NCBI GenBank assembly: GCA_964514215.1
Contig: CAZEPW010000012.1
Span: 834-64,833 of the forward strand
DNA from: an uncultured Thioalkalispiraceae bacterium
GTDB lineage: Bacteria > Pseudomonadota > Gammaproteobacteria > UBA6429 > Thiohalophilaceae
Direction of reading: 5' to 3'
Length of the DNA: 64,000 bases
A program made the translations under genes and the position numbers. Numbering within the stretch: the stretch's first letter is position 1; the number at the start of each line of letters is the position of its first letter. Below the pieces are notes generated by a model. It worked only from the letters and a program-made list of their open reading frames with translations. It had not been told where the DNA came from and ran no database searches. This document shows, piece by piece, positions 16,841 to 26,459 of this stretch.

Positions 16841-17254
16841 ATGAAATACATGCATGGAAAAGCCTCAAAAGCCACGTTGATAGCAATTGTGTCAATTGCG
16901 ATTCTCATTGGATTTGCAGTTCTTTTTTTACCAAAAGGGTTTAGTAATGACGTGTCTAAAATTGGTAAAGGTTCTAAAGTGGCTGTGTTTGCTTATAATA
17001 ACGGTACTATAAATAGTATTGATATGATGACTTTATTAGAAAGTATTCGTGCATCGTATTCCGGAAAAATTGAATTTTTAGCGGTTAGTATTAGTGCGCC
17101 AATTGGCGAACAGTTTTTAAAAGATTATAATGTGAGGCATTCGACGCTGGTATTATTTAGAGAGGATGGTTCCATCGCTAAGACATTACATGCTAGCAAA
17201 AAGAATGAAGCAATATTAACACAAGTTTTAGATGATTTTGTCAGTAACGGTTAA
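16841..17254 (+). CDS. Membrane-anchored thioredoxin-fold-like protein lacking CxxC
   Basis: GGAG SD upstream of the ATG at 16841 (the track ORF starts at 16823). One TM helix, then an alternating beta/alpha pattern. There is no redox cysteine pair. Confidence 0.55.
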   Translation: MKYMHGKASKATLIAIVSIAILIGFAVLFLPKGFSNDVSKIGKGSKVAVFAYNNGTINSIDMMTLLESIRASYSGKIEFLAVSISAPIGEQFLKDYNVRHSTLVLFREDGSIAKTLHASKKNEAILTQVLDDFVSNG

Positions 17255-17281
17255 TGTTGCTTGGCTTGAAATAATAGCCGT

Positions 17282-17312
17282 ACCATTTCCCGTGATGTCC
17301 ACGGGAAATGGT
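17282..17312. terminator. GC-rich hairpin between convergent genes (CCATTTCCCGTG-atgtc-CACGGGAAATGG)
   Basis: Perfect 12-bp stem located 28 nt after the stop of the upstream + strand gene and 7 nt after the rpoH stop. The T-runs are weak. The ATTTCCCG...CGGGAAAT core resembles the hairpin unit of the repeat family. Confidence 0.5.
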
Positions 17313-17318
17313 TGTATA

Positions 17319-18167
17319 TTAATCAATGTTGATTGCAAGTCGTAATTTTTTCATTGCTGCATTTTCTAATTGTCGAACACGCTCTGCTGAAATATTATAT
17401 TCAGTGGCTAAGCACTGTAGAGTAACTTTATCTTCTGCTAACCAGCGACGCTGAATAATTGATTTACTGCGTTCGTCTAAGGTTTTAATCGCGTCAATTA
17501 ACTGCTTTTTATTTTGAGTGGCAGTCATGTGATTTTCAATTAAACGTGAAGGCTCTTGGCGCATATCTTCGAGATAGGCTGCTGGTGCGAAATTATCATC
17601 ATCATCACCATCTTTATTTTCAAACTCAATATCCGAACCCGTTAGTCGTGATTCCATTTCTAGCACGTCTTTTTTACTGACACCTAAATCTTTTGCAACC
17701 GAGCCAACTTCTTCATCGGTGAACCATGCTAATTTTTTCTTTGATTTGCGTAAATTAAAAAATAATTTTCGTTGTGCTTTGGTTGTGGCAACTTTAACTA
17801 TGCGCCAGTTTTTTAAGATAAACTCGTGCATTTCTGCGCGTATCCAATGCACTGCAAACGATACTAATCGAACATTTTTGCTTGGATCAAAACGTTTTAC
17901 CGCTTTCATTAAACCGATATTGCCTTCTTGAACAAGATCTGCAAGGGCTAATCCGTAACCCGAGTAACTACGGGCAATATGTGCAACAAAGCGTAAATTT
18001 GAAATAACCAAGCTTTGAGCTGCATCGAGATCGTTGCCTTCCCTAAAACGAATGGCTAGGGCAATTTCTTCTTCCTTACTCAAAACGGGTATATTATGTA
18101 TACCACTCAGGTATGATTCAATATTTCCGGATGGTACGCTAAGTTGTAATTGAAGATTGCTTGTCAT
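17319..18167 (-). CDS. rpoH: RNA polymerase heat-shock sigma factor sigma-32
   Basis: 282 aa. Contains the RpoH box QRKLFFNLRKSKK and conserved sigma-70 regions 2 and 4. Confidence 0.97.
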   Translation of the reverse strand: MTSNLQLQLSVPSGNIESYLSGIHNIPVLSKEEEIALAIRFREGNDLDAAQSLVISNLRFVAHIARSYSGYGLALADLVQEGNIGLMKAVKRFDPSKNVRLVSFAVHWIRAEMHEFILKNWRIVKVATTKAQRKLFFNLRKSKKKLAWFTDEEVGSVAKDLGVSKKDVLEMESRLTGSDIEFENKDGDDDDNFAPAAYLEDMRQEPSRLIENHMTATQNKKQLIDAIKTLDERSKSIIQRRWLAEDKVTLQCLATEYNISAERVRQLENAAMKKLRLAINID

Positions 18168-18287
18168 TCTGACTGGCTCCCATATTAGTTGTTATCAATA
18201 TTAGCACTCTAGCTATATGAGTGCCAATATTTTTAGCACTCAATGAGTTGGACTGCTAATATTAGTTAAAGTTCATTTACTAATATA

Positions 18288-18390
18288 ACCTAGGGTTTGT
18301 GTCAGGGTAATGTTTCTTTTTAAAGCTCAAATTTAAAAATGCCCCTTATTCTAGTAGCCTTTTAGCCGAAAACTAGCGTTAAAACATCAA
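18288..18390 (-). repeat. Degenerate copy of the intergenic MITE-like repeat, in the rpoH upstream region
   Basis: Its reverse complement, ttgatgttttaacgc...tttgagctttaaaaa...acaaacc, aligns along the length of the copy at 27825..27936. Confidence 0.6.
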
Positions 18391-18528
18391 ATTTATCAAG
18401 TTGCGTTAAAAATATTAGTATGCCGATTGGAGGGTAATATCAATAATATAGGAAAAAAGCGGGTTATTTGGGAAGTGTGATGCGTTTTAAGCTGTTGTTA
18501 TTGCTGTTATTTTTAGATTAAAATGACT

Positions 18529-19923
18529 TTAAGCTTCATTTTCGCTTGAAAAATCCATCGGTAGGCCGTGCAGTGGTGAGGTGATGGCAGCACCATTCTC
18601 ATACAGGCTGACACGGTTTCGACCTTGTTGTTTGGAAAAGTATAATGCCTTGTCGGCATATGAGATAAAGCGGCTCAGACTGGCATTGTCATTATCGGCG
18701 TAATTGGCTAAACCAATACTAATTGTAATACTGACTCCGGATGGTTTTAATACTTCTACCCGATTTCGGAATTCTTCCGCTAGCTCAAGAATGTCAACTG
18801 CTTCGATATTGGCAATTAAGACACAAAACTCTTCTCCACCAAAGCGGACTACCATGGCATCTCGAAATACTTCCGTTAGTAGTTCACCAAGGGCAGCCAA
18901 GACATGATCACCGGTAATATGACCTAATGTATCGTTAATTTGTTTAAAGCGGTCTATATCAATGAGCATTGCCCATACTGGATTGTGTTTGGGGTTGGAG
19001 ATGAAATTTTCACCATTATCGAGTAAGTATCGTTTGCTGCGTGCGCCAGTCAAACTATCGGTTGCCGCAATCCAGCGCATATATTCAGCTTGATGTTTTA
19101 ATGCATCGAATTGATGTTTAATCATTAACAAGGCCCGTACTCGCGCCATCAGTACTTCTTCAACGATGGGTTTTAACACAAAGTCATTTGCTCCGGCATG
19201 AAATACAACGACTTGGTTGTCGCTTTCTTCATTGCCGGTTAATACTAATACGGGTAGTTCTTGTTGCGAATAATGCAATTTGACCCGAATTGCGTGTAAT
19301 AAATCGCCTCCGGTCATGCTGTCTTTTAGATAAAAATCGGTGATCACCAAGTCGTATTTTTCAACATCGTTATTATCTAAATTTTGATCATTATTATGTT
19401 GTTCTGTGAGTGTTTTAAGTGCTTCTTCTGCAGTAATACAGTGCTCAACGCGTAAGCCATGCTTTTCTAAAATGGTGGTCGTGACTGAGGCTGCGGTTTT
19501 GCTGTCTTCGACATAGAGAATTTTTCCAACCAAGCCTGAATTACGTTGGATAAATGACGAGATAAATGTTCCAAAAGCACGATATCCTTCCGATTTATCA
19601 AAGTAGTCAGTGACACCTGCTTCAAAACCTTCGCGTAACAAACGATCGTCTGCATCTCCTGATACAACAATGACCGGTGTATAATGATGTGTGACGGATT
19701 TTCGTATTTTACTGCTTAGCTTTAAACCATCCATGTCGGGTAGTAATAACGCGGTGGTAATTAAGTCGAATTTTTCGTTTTCGAGTAACGCTAATGCGTC
19801 ACGACCGGCTTTAACAGGAGTTACTTCGCAGTTATTAATTTCATCGCGCAAGGTACGCGCTAAAATGGCTCGAGATACTGAAGAGCCTTCAATGACCATT
19901 ATTCGAGTAGGTTTTCCCGTCAT
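18529..19923 (-). CDS. PleD-like response regulator diguanylate cyclase (REC-REC-GGDEF)
   Basis: Two receiver domains (DLITTALLLPDMDG; DLVITDFYL) and a GGEEF active site. Confidence 0.9.
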   Translation of the reverse strand: MTGKPTRIMVIEGSSVSRAILARTLRDEINNCEVTPVKAGRDALALLENEKFDLITTALLLPDMDGLKLSSKIRKSVTHHYTPVIVVSGDADDRLLREGFEAGVTDYFDKSEGYRAFGTFISSFIQRNSGLVGKILYVEDSKTAASVTTTILEKHGLRVEHCITAEEALKTLTEQHNNDQNLDNNDVEKYDLVITDFYLKDSMTGGDLLHAIRVKLHYSQQELPVLVLTGNEESDNQVVVFHAGANDFVLKPIVEEVLMARVRALLMIKHQFDALKHQAEYMRWIAATDSLTGARSKRYLLDNGENFISNPKHNPVWAMLIDIDRFKQINDTLGHITGDHVLAALGELLTEVFRDAMVVRFGGEEFCVLIANIEAVDILELAEEFRNRVEVLKPSGVSITISIGLANYADNDNASLSRFISYADKALYFSKQQGRNRVSLYENGAAITSPLHGLPMDFSSENEA

Positions 19924-20016
19924 AATTCTATTTAACCGAATGTTGTAAAATATGAACCAATTACTGCAGCTGGCTGTAACCTAAATAATATTAGAATTAT
20001 AGATGAAATAAAATTT

Positions 20017-20991
20017 TTAAGTAGGTTCAATTTCGCGCAAATGACGACCCACGGCTAACCAAGAACCGGCGAGCCCTAATAATATACTGAAAAAACAAAG
20101 TGATAGCCCCTCAAAAAACCCTAAGCCTTGTAATGAAAAATTACTTTGATAGAGGTTGGTCAGGTTTTTAATCGGCGAACTAAGCGATAAAACCGCTATG
20201 TTGACTAAAATAAATGCAATCACTCCGCCAAACACACCATACCAGGCACCGGTGTATAAAAAGGGACGGCGAATAAAACTATTGGTGCCACCGATAAGTT
20301 TGATGATAATGATTTCATCACATCGGCTTTGGATGGCCAGTCGAATTGTATTTCCGACGACTAGAGTTACGGCTAAGGCCAATAACACTGACATAACGGT
20401 AACGCCGCGTTCAACTATGCCTAAGATTGCATTTAAACGCCTTAACCATTGCATATCGAGTTGTGCAAATTCGACGTAGGATAGCTTTTGAAAATCACCG
20501 ACTAGTTTTTCAGATTGTTCGGGGGTATTGTAACGTAGTGATGGTTGTACGATTAATACTGATGGCAGAGGGTTCTTTTTTAATGCTTTTAAAACATCAC
20601 CATAACCGGATAAGCGTTTAAATTCTTCGAGTGCTTTTTCTTTTGAAATGTATTGCACGTTAGATACTTCGGCCAAGCTTTGTAACTTAGTTTGCAATTG
20701 ACGAGCACTGACGTCGCTAGTATCACGTTTTAAAAATAATGAAATATGCGTTGCGCCATCCCAGCCGGTACTCAAGTGTTGTACATTTTCGAGTAAAACA
20801 TGTAATGCGGAGGGTAATGCTAAGGCAATGCCGATCACCGCGGCTGTTAAAAATGTTGCAAACGGGGTGGCAATGAGTTTTCCAAGGGTATAGAAAAAAA
20901 CTTGCAGGTGTCTTAGTAAATATATTTTAAGGTTGGTTAATGGGCCATGTAAGGTGGGAATGGCGCGTTCATTTAAAATAGAATTACTCAT
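20017..20991 (-). CDS. ftsX: Cell division ABC transporter permease FtsX
   Basis: 324 aa with four TM helices and a periplasmic domain. It overlaps ftsE by 4 nt. Confidence 0.93.
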   Translation of the reverse strand: MSNSILNERAIPTLHGPLTNLKIYLLRHLQVFFYTLGKLIATPFATFLTAAVIGIALALPSALHVLLENVQHLSTGWDGATHISLFLKRDTSDVSARQLQTKLQSLAEVSNVQYISKEKALEEFKRLSGYGDVLKALKKNPLPSVLIVQPSLRYNTPEQSEKLVGDFQKLSYVEFAQLDMQWLRRLNAILGIVERGVTVMSVLLALAVTLVVGNTIRLAIQSRCDEIIIIKLIGGTNSFIRRPFLYTGAWYGVFGGVIAFILVNIAVLSLSSPIKNLTNLYQSNFSLQGLGFFEGLSLCFFSILLGLAGSWLAVGRHLREIEPT

Positions 20992-21686
20992 GAATAGCTA
21001 CCCGTGGTACTTGTTGTGTGTTGTGTCGCACCATCGTTTAATAACACACCATCACGTAATTCGATGACCCGATGTCCCATTTGAGAAATTAAGTCTAAAT
21101 CGTGGCTCGCAATTAAAACCGTTACGCCAACGGCATTAAATTGTTCAAAAATACTCATAATTTCTTTTGATAACGCCGGATCCAGATTACCGGTTGGTTC
21201 GTCCGCCAGTATTAGTGGCGGCTTGTTTACCACGGCACGCGCAATACCAATACGCTGTTGTTCACCACCGGATAGGGTGATGGGCATTACTTTTTCTTTA
21301 GAGAGTAAATCGACTTTATCCAATGCAGCACGTACTCGGCGTAGAATTTCTCGATGCGAATGACCCATGATGATTAATGGTAATGCGACATTATCAAACA
21401 CGGTACGATCAAATAACAGCCGGTTGTCTTGAAATATGATGCCGATATTTCGTCTTAAATACGGAATTTTTCGGGCACTCATTTTATTTAAGTTTTGGCC
21501 GTCAATAACAATTTGGCCGCGAGTAGGGCGTTCGAGTAATCCTATTAATTTTAAAAAGGTACTTTTGCCTGCGCCAGAATGGCCGGTCAAAAAGGCCATT
21601 TCGCCCGCTTCCATGTGCAGCGATACATTTGACAGTGCATCGTGACTATTTGGGTAACGTTTGCTGATATTAGTAAAACGAATCAT
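20988..21686 (-). CDS. ftsE: Cell division ATP-binding protein FtsE
   Basis: Walker A GHSGAGKST, signature LSGGEQQR, Walker B ILADEPTGNLD. Confidence 0.96.
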   Translation of the reverse strand: MIRFTNISKRYPNSHDALSNVSLHMEAGEMAFLTGHSGAGKSTFLKLIGLLERPTRGQIVIDGQNLNKMSARKIPYLRRNIGIIFQDNRLLFDRTVFDNVALPLIIMGHSHREILRRVRAALDKVDLLSKEKVMPITLSGGEQQRIGIARAVVNKPPLILADEPTGNLDPALSKEIMSIFEQFNAVGVTVLIASHDLDLISQMGHRVIELRDGVLLNDGATQHTTSTTGSYS

Positions 21687-21704
21687 TTTATAATTATTAT
21701 AGTG

Positions 21705-22706
21705 TTAGTTACTGGTTGTTTGATTATTTTCGTTATCAAATAATGCATCAATAAAATCATTGGCATTAAATTCTCGTAGATCTTCGGCTTTTTCACCAAC
21801 ACCAATAAACCGGATGGGCAGATTTAATTTGTGTGCAATAGCAAAAATAACACCGCCTTTAGCCGTGCCGTCTAACTTGGTTAAGGTGATACCCGTTAAA
21901 CCTAAGGTCTTATCAAATTCAACTGCCTGATTTAAAGCATTTTGTCCAGTGCCGGCATCAACCACCAACATGACTTCTTGTGGTGCGTTGTTATCGAGTT
22001 TGGATAACACGCGTTTTATCTTTTTTAATTCTTCCATTAGGTTAGATTGAGTATGCAACCTACCAGCGGTGTCGGCAATTAATATATCAATATTTTTTGC
22101 TTTAGCCGATTCTAATGCGTCAAAAATAACCGAAGCACTATCGGCGCCATCGTGTTGTGCTATCACCGGAACATTGTGGCGCTCGCCCCAGGTTTTTAAT
22201 TGCTGCACTGCGGCGGCACGAAAGGTGTCACCGGCAGCGAGCATCACTGATTTTCCCTGTAGTTGGAAATAACGTGTAATTTTGCCAATGCTGGTGGTTT
22301 TGCCGGCGCCATTAATGCCCGCCATTAAAATAACATAGGGCGATTGCGCAGTATTAGTCACGACTTGGGCTAGTGGTTGCTCACACGGTAGTAATATATC
22401 GAGTAGTTGTTGTCGTAGTGCAACATATAAAGCTGAAGAATCGGCTAATTCTTTGCGTTTGGTTTTTTCGGTTAGTTCAGTGATTATTTTACTGGTCGCA
22501 TCGATGCCCAAATCTGCAGTGATCAGCAGTGTTTCTATTTCTTCTAATAATTCATCGTCTATTTGTTTTTTGGCTAAAAATAAGCCCGATAAGCCCGAAT
22601 TGATATTATTTCGAGTGTTACTTAAGCCCTCTTTTAGGCGCGAGAATAGTGACGCTTTAGTATTTTCCGGGATTTTAGTTTTTGAGGATTTTTTGAAACC
22701 AAACAT
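21705..22706 (-). CDS. ftsY: Signal recognition particle receptor FtsY
   Basis: NG domain with GINGAGKTTSIGK, DTAGR and TKLDGTAKGG motifs. Located in the ftsYEX context. Confidence 0.96.
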   Translation of the reverse strand: MFGFKKSSKTKIPENTKASLFSRLKEGLSNTRNNINSGLSGLFLAKKQIDDELLEEIETLLITADLGIDATSKIITELTEKTKRKELADSSALYVALRQQLLDILLPCEQPLAQVVTNTAQSPYVILMAGINGAGKTTSIGKITRYFQLQGKSVMLAAGDTFRAAAVQQLKTWGERHNVPVIAQHDGADSASVIFDALESAKAKNIDILIADTAGRLHTQSNLMEELKKIKRVLSKLDNNAPQEVMLVVDAGTGQNALNQAVEFDKTLGLTGITLTKLDGTAKGGVIFAIAHKLNLPIRFIGVGEKAEDLREFNANDFIDALFDNENNQTTSN

Positions 22707-22984
22707 TATTTTGACTGTCGAACCTGATTACAATTTTATTAAAATAAATACAAGTGTTAGATTAATTAAAACAAGCCTTTAGCGTACACTGGAAACACAG
22801 TTAAATACGCTAAATTCGAAGGTAGACACTTGTACACTTTGGTTGCTTATCCTACCATTGCAGACGGTGAGTTAGTATGGTGAATATAATTAATTTGTAA
22901 CTATTCTTTGCCTATTTGATGGTATTTTAGAATTAACACTATTAGTGGAATATGAATGGCTACAGCTAAATCAGGAAAAAATGC

Positions 22985-24352
22985 ATGTTAAAACAATTTG
23001 GAATGGGGTTATCGCTATTTTGTGTTCTTGGCGTTGTCACCACCACAGCCGGGGCAACAGTATTTGAACATAATTTAAAAAATGGCATGAAAATACTGGT
23101 AAATGAAGATCATCGAGCCCCGGTGGTGGTCTCTCAGGTTTGGTATAAAGTGGGATCGAGTTACGAGGCTAATGGTCGAACCGGGTTATCACATGTGTTG
23201 GAACACATGATGTTTAAAGGCAGTAAAAAATACCAGCCGGGCGAGTTTTCTAAAATTATTGCGAAACACGGTGGCCGCGAAAATGCCTTTACCGGCAAAG
23301 ACTACACCGCCTATTTTCAACAGTTGGAAAAAAGTCGTCTAAAAGTCAGCATGGAAATGGAGGCCGATCGAATGGTCAACCTGACATTACCCAATGATGA
23401 GTTCACCAAAGAATTAGCCGTGGTTATCGAAGAGCGGCACATGCGCACCGATGATAAACCGCGCTCTAAAACCTACGAACAATTTAATGCCATGGCATTT
23501 ATGAGCAGCCCGTATAGCCAGCCAATAATAGGTTGGCAAAATGATCTCGATAATATGGAAATTGCCGATTTACAAAAATGGTATCAGCAATGGTATAGCC
23601 CCAGCAATGCAACCTTGGTGGTGGTCGGTGATGTTAATCACAAAGAAGTTTTTGCGATGGCTGAAAAACATTATGGCGTTATTCCTGCACGAGCAGTTGA
23701 AAAATTAAAACCGCGTAAAGAAGTAGAGCAAGTTGGTGAACGTCGTTTAGTGGTTAAAGCACCGGCCAAACTGCCGTATTTGCTGATGGGTTATAAAGTA
23801 CCTTCGCTCAAAACCGCCGAACAAGAATGGGAAGCTTATGCCTTAGAAGTTTTAGCGGGCATTTTAAGCTCGGGTTCAAGTTCACGTTTTCCAAAACGAT
23901 TGGTACGCGATCAACAAATTGCAGCCAGTGCTGATACGGGATTTAACTTGTATGCGCGACAAAGCGAAATATTTTTAATCGATGCCACACCATCTGCCGG
24001 TAAAGAATTAACGGTGCTTGAAGATGCTATTTTGCAGCAAATCAATGATGTGAAGACTAGTTTAGTAAGTGCCAAAGAGTTAGATAGCATCAAAGCACAA
24101 GTAGTCGCGTCTAATGTTTATGAACGTGATTCAATATTTTATCAGGCCATGCAGTTAGGGACTTTAGAAACAGTTGGCCTAGGTTGGCAACGTCTTGATG
24201 AATATGTTACGAAAGTTCGAGAAGTCACCGCCGAGCAAATTCAAAAAGTTGCTAAAAAATACCTCATTGAAGATCGTTTGACTGTTGCATTTTTAATTCC
24301 GCAAGATTTAAAAGGTGCATTAAATAAAAAAACAAAATCAATTCATCAATAA
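22985..24352 (+). CDS. M16 family zinc peptidase (active subunit)
   Basis: Signal peptide and HxxEH motif (HVLEHMMF). Confidence 0.9.
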   Translation: MLKQFGMGLSLFCVLGVVTTTAGATVFEHNLKNGMKILVNEDHRAPVVVSQVWYKVGSSYEANGRTGLSHVLEHMMFKGSKKYQPGEFSKIIAKHGGRENAFTGKDYTAYFQQLEKSRLKVSMEMEADRMVNLTLPNDEFTKELAVVIEERHMRTDDKPRSKTYEQFNAMAFMSSPYSQPIIGWQNDLDNMEIADLQKWYQQWYSPSNATLVVVGDVNHKEVFAMAEKHYGVIPARAVEKLKPRKEVEQVGERRLVVKAPAKLPYLLMGYKVPSLKTAEQEWEAYALEVLAGILSSGSSSRFPKRLVRDQQIAASADTGFNLYARQSEIFLIDATPSAGKELTVLEDAILQQINDVKTSLVSAKELDSIKAQVVASNVYERDSIFYQAMQLGTLETVGLGWQRLDEYVTKVREVTAEQIQKVAKKYLIEDRLTVAFLIPQDLKGALNKKTKSIHQ

Positions 24353-24377
24353 ATAAATATTTAAAACAAGGATTATT

Positions 24378-25811
24378 ATGTCTGCCACACAGAAAAAGCT
24401 AATATTTAGTATTACTACAGCAGTAGTTGCAGTTATCTTTATTGTCGTTATTTTCAATAACTTAAACTCACTAACTAGCTCCGAACCCGAGATTACCAGC
24501 GTTGAAGGTAGTGGTCCAAAAATTCAAACGTGGAAAACCGACAATGGCGCAAAAGTATTATTTGTGCCAACGATGCAATTACCCATGCTTGATTTACGCG
24601 TTACCTTTGATGCCGGCGCTGCACGTGATGCAGATAAACCGGGTTTAGCATTGTTAACGAATGCCATGTTAGATCAAGGCGCAAAACTTGGAGACGTTAC
24701 GATAACGAGTGATGATATAGCGGAACGGTTTGATAGCATCGGCGCACGGTTTTCGAATTCTTCGTTAAAAGATATGGCGCTATTGAGTTTGAGGAGTTTA
24801 ACCGATAGTAAAATATTAGATCAGTCATTAGAAACGTATATGGCCGTTTTACAAGCACCAACATTTCCTCAACGTGATTTTGACCGAATTAAAAAACAAA
24901 TGCTAATTTCACTCAAAGCAGAATCACAATCACCAGGAACCATTGCCAATAAACTTTTTTATACAAATTTATTTTCAAATCATGCTTATGGCTCATCGAG
25001 TTCAGGCACCAAAAAAAGTATTAAAGCATTAAGCATTCAAGATTTAAAAAACTTTTACGCAAAATATTACGTGGCAAAAAATGCCGTCATTGTGATGGTT
25101 GGTAATTTACAATTAACACAGGCAACAAAAATTGCAGAAAATATTAGCCGTGGTTTAGCCGTTGGTGAAAAAGCGACGCTATTAACCGATGCTAAGTCAT
25201 ACCCAACTGCTAAAACAATTTCAGAGCAATTTCCTTCGTCTCAAACGCACATAGTGATGGGCAATATTGGCCTTAAACGCGGAGACAAAGATTATTATGC
25301 CTTGTATGTTGGTAACCATATTTTAGGTGGCAGTGGCTTTAGTTCTCGAATCGTTAATGAAATTCGTGAAAAACGTGGCTTAGCTTATAGTTCATACAGT
25401 TATTTTGTACCTATGCGTGTCAATGGCCCGTTCATCATTGGTATGCAGACTAAGAATGAACAAACCCAAGAAGCATTACAAATATTAAATGAAGTATTGG
25501 TTAAATTTATTACAGAGGGACCAACGGCTGCTGAACTGGAACACAGCAAATTAAATATAGCCGGCGGTTTTCCGCTTCGAATTGACAGCAATAAAGAAAT
25601 TGTAGAATACCTCGCAATGATTGGTTTTTATGGTTTACCTCTAGATTATCTGGGAACCTTTGTTGACAACATTAAAGTGTTAACCTTGGAACAAATTAAA
25701 GATGCATTTCAACGTCGGGTTGATCCTGAAAAATTACTCACCATTATTGTGGGCGATTTAAAACTCAGTCAAAAACAATTAGATGCAATTAAAAAAGGTG
25801 TTAATAAATAA
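24378..25811 (+). CDS. M16 family peptidase-like protein (no HxxEH, probable non-catalytic partner)
   Basis: M16 fold pattern, N-terminal TM helix, and the zinc motif replaced by LLTNAMLDQG. Confidence 0.85.
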   Translation: MSATQKKLIFSITTAVVAVIFIVVIFNNLNSLTSSEPEITSVEGSGPKIQTWKTDNGAKVLFVPTMQLPMLDLRVTFDAGAARDADKPGLALLTNAMLDQGAKLGDVTITSDDIAERFDSIGARFSNSSLKDMALLSLRSLTDSKILDQSLETYMAVLQAPTFPQRDFDRIKKQMLISLKAESQSPGTIANKLFYTNLFSNHAYGSSSSGTKKSIKALSIQDLKNFYAKYYVAKNAVIVMVGNLQLTQATKIAENISRGLAVGEKATLLTDAKSYPTAKTISEQFPSSQTHIVMGNIGLKRGDKDYYALYVGNHILGGSGFSSRIVNEIREKRGLAYSSYSYFVPMRVNGPFIIGMQTKNEQTQEALQILNEVLVKFITEGPTAAELEHSKLNIAGGFPLRIDSNKEIVEYLAMIGFYGLPLDYLGTFVDNIKVLTLEQIKDAFQRRVDPEKLLTIIVGDLKLSQKQLDAIKKGVNK

Positions 25812-25839
25812 TAATTAAGTCATTTAATGCTTAATTTAT

Positions 25840-26427
25840 ATGATGAACAACACTGCGGCTAAAGACTCACAAGTCCGAATTATTGCCGGACGTTGGCGTG
25901 CAAGGAAAATAAGTTTTAGCACTAACTTATCAATTCGGCCAACACCCGATAGAGTGCGTGAAACTGTTTTTAATTGGTTAGCTCCCTATCTTATTAATAG
26001 CCGCTGCTTGGATCTTTATGCCGGTAGCGGTGTTTTGGGTTTTGAAGCATTATCGCGAGGGGCAAGCGAGATGGTTTTTGTTGATACTGAAAAATCCATC
26101 ATCAAACAATTGCAACAACAGCATCAGATTTTAAAAATAGATTCTGAATCTGCGATTTCGAATGTTGAGTATTTACATGCTGATGCAAATAAGTATTTAA
26201 CGATTAAACAAAAGCCTTATGATTTGGTATTTTTAGATCCACCTTATTTACAAAATAGAATTCCAGCTATTATTGAGTTATTGTTGAATAACTCACTATT
26301 AAATGTCGATGGAATTATTTATATCGAAATGGCAAAAACTGAAAGTTTTCCACAATTACCCGATGAGTGGAAACTTATCAAAAAGAAAATAATGAGCCAA
26401 GTTGCTTGTTATGTAATACAAGTTTAG
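25840..26427 (+). CDS. rsmD: 16S rRNA (guanine966-N2)-methyltransferase
   Basis: LDLYAGSGVLGFEALSRGA SAM motif and DPPY motif. It neighbours ftsY, as in E. coli and Pseudomonas. Confidence 0.9.
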   Translation: MMNNTAAKDSQVRIIAGRWRARKISFSTNLSIRPTPDRVRETVFNWLAPYLINSRCLDLYAGSGVLGFEALSRGASEMVFVDTEKSIIKQLQQQHQILKIDSESAISNVEYLHADANKYLTIKQKPYDLVFLDPPYLQNRIPAIIELLLNNSLLNVDGIIYIEMAKTESFPQLPDEWKLIKKKIMSQVACYVIQV

Positions 26428-26459
26428 CGTTAAATTTTAATATTTTATATAGGCCTGCA

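Noticed and set aside
11157-17254. Classical genomic island, prophage or defence island interpretation of the hypothetical-gene block
   Set aside because: I found no integrase, transposase, tRNA attachment site, flanking direct repeats or known defence domains. It is reported only as an uncharacterised block.
26367-26459. Upstream extension of the lipoprotein ORF, overlapping the end of rsmD by 61 nt
   Set aside because: The internal ATG at 26460 yields a clean lipoprotein signal peptide and lipobox. The extension would bury that signal peptide and overlap rsmD.
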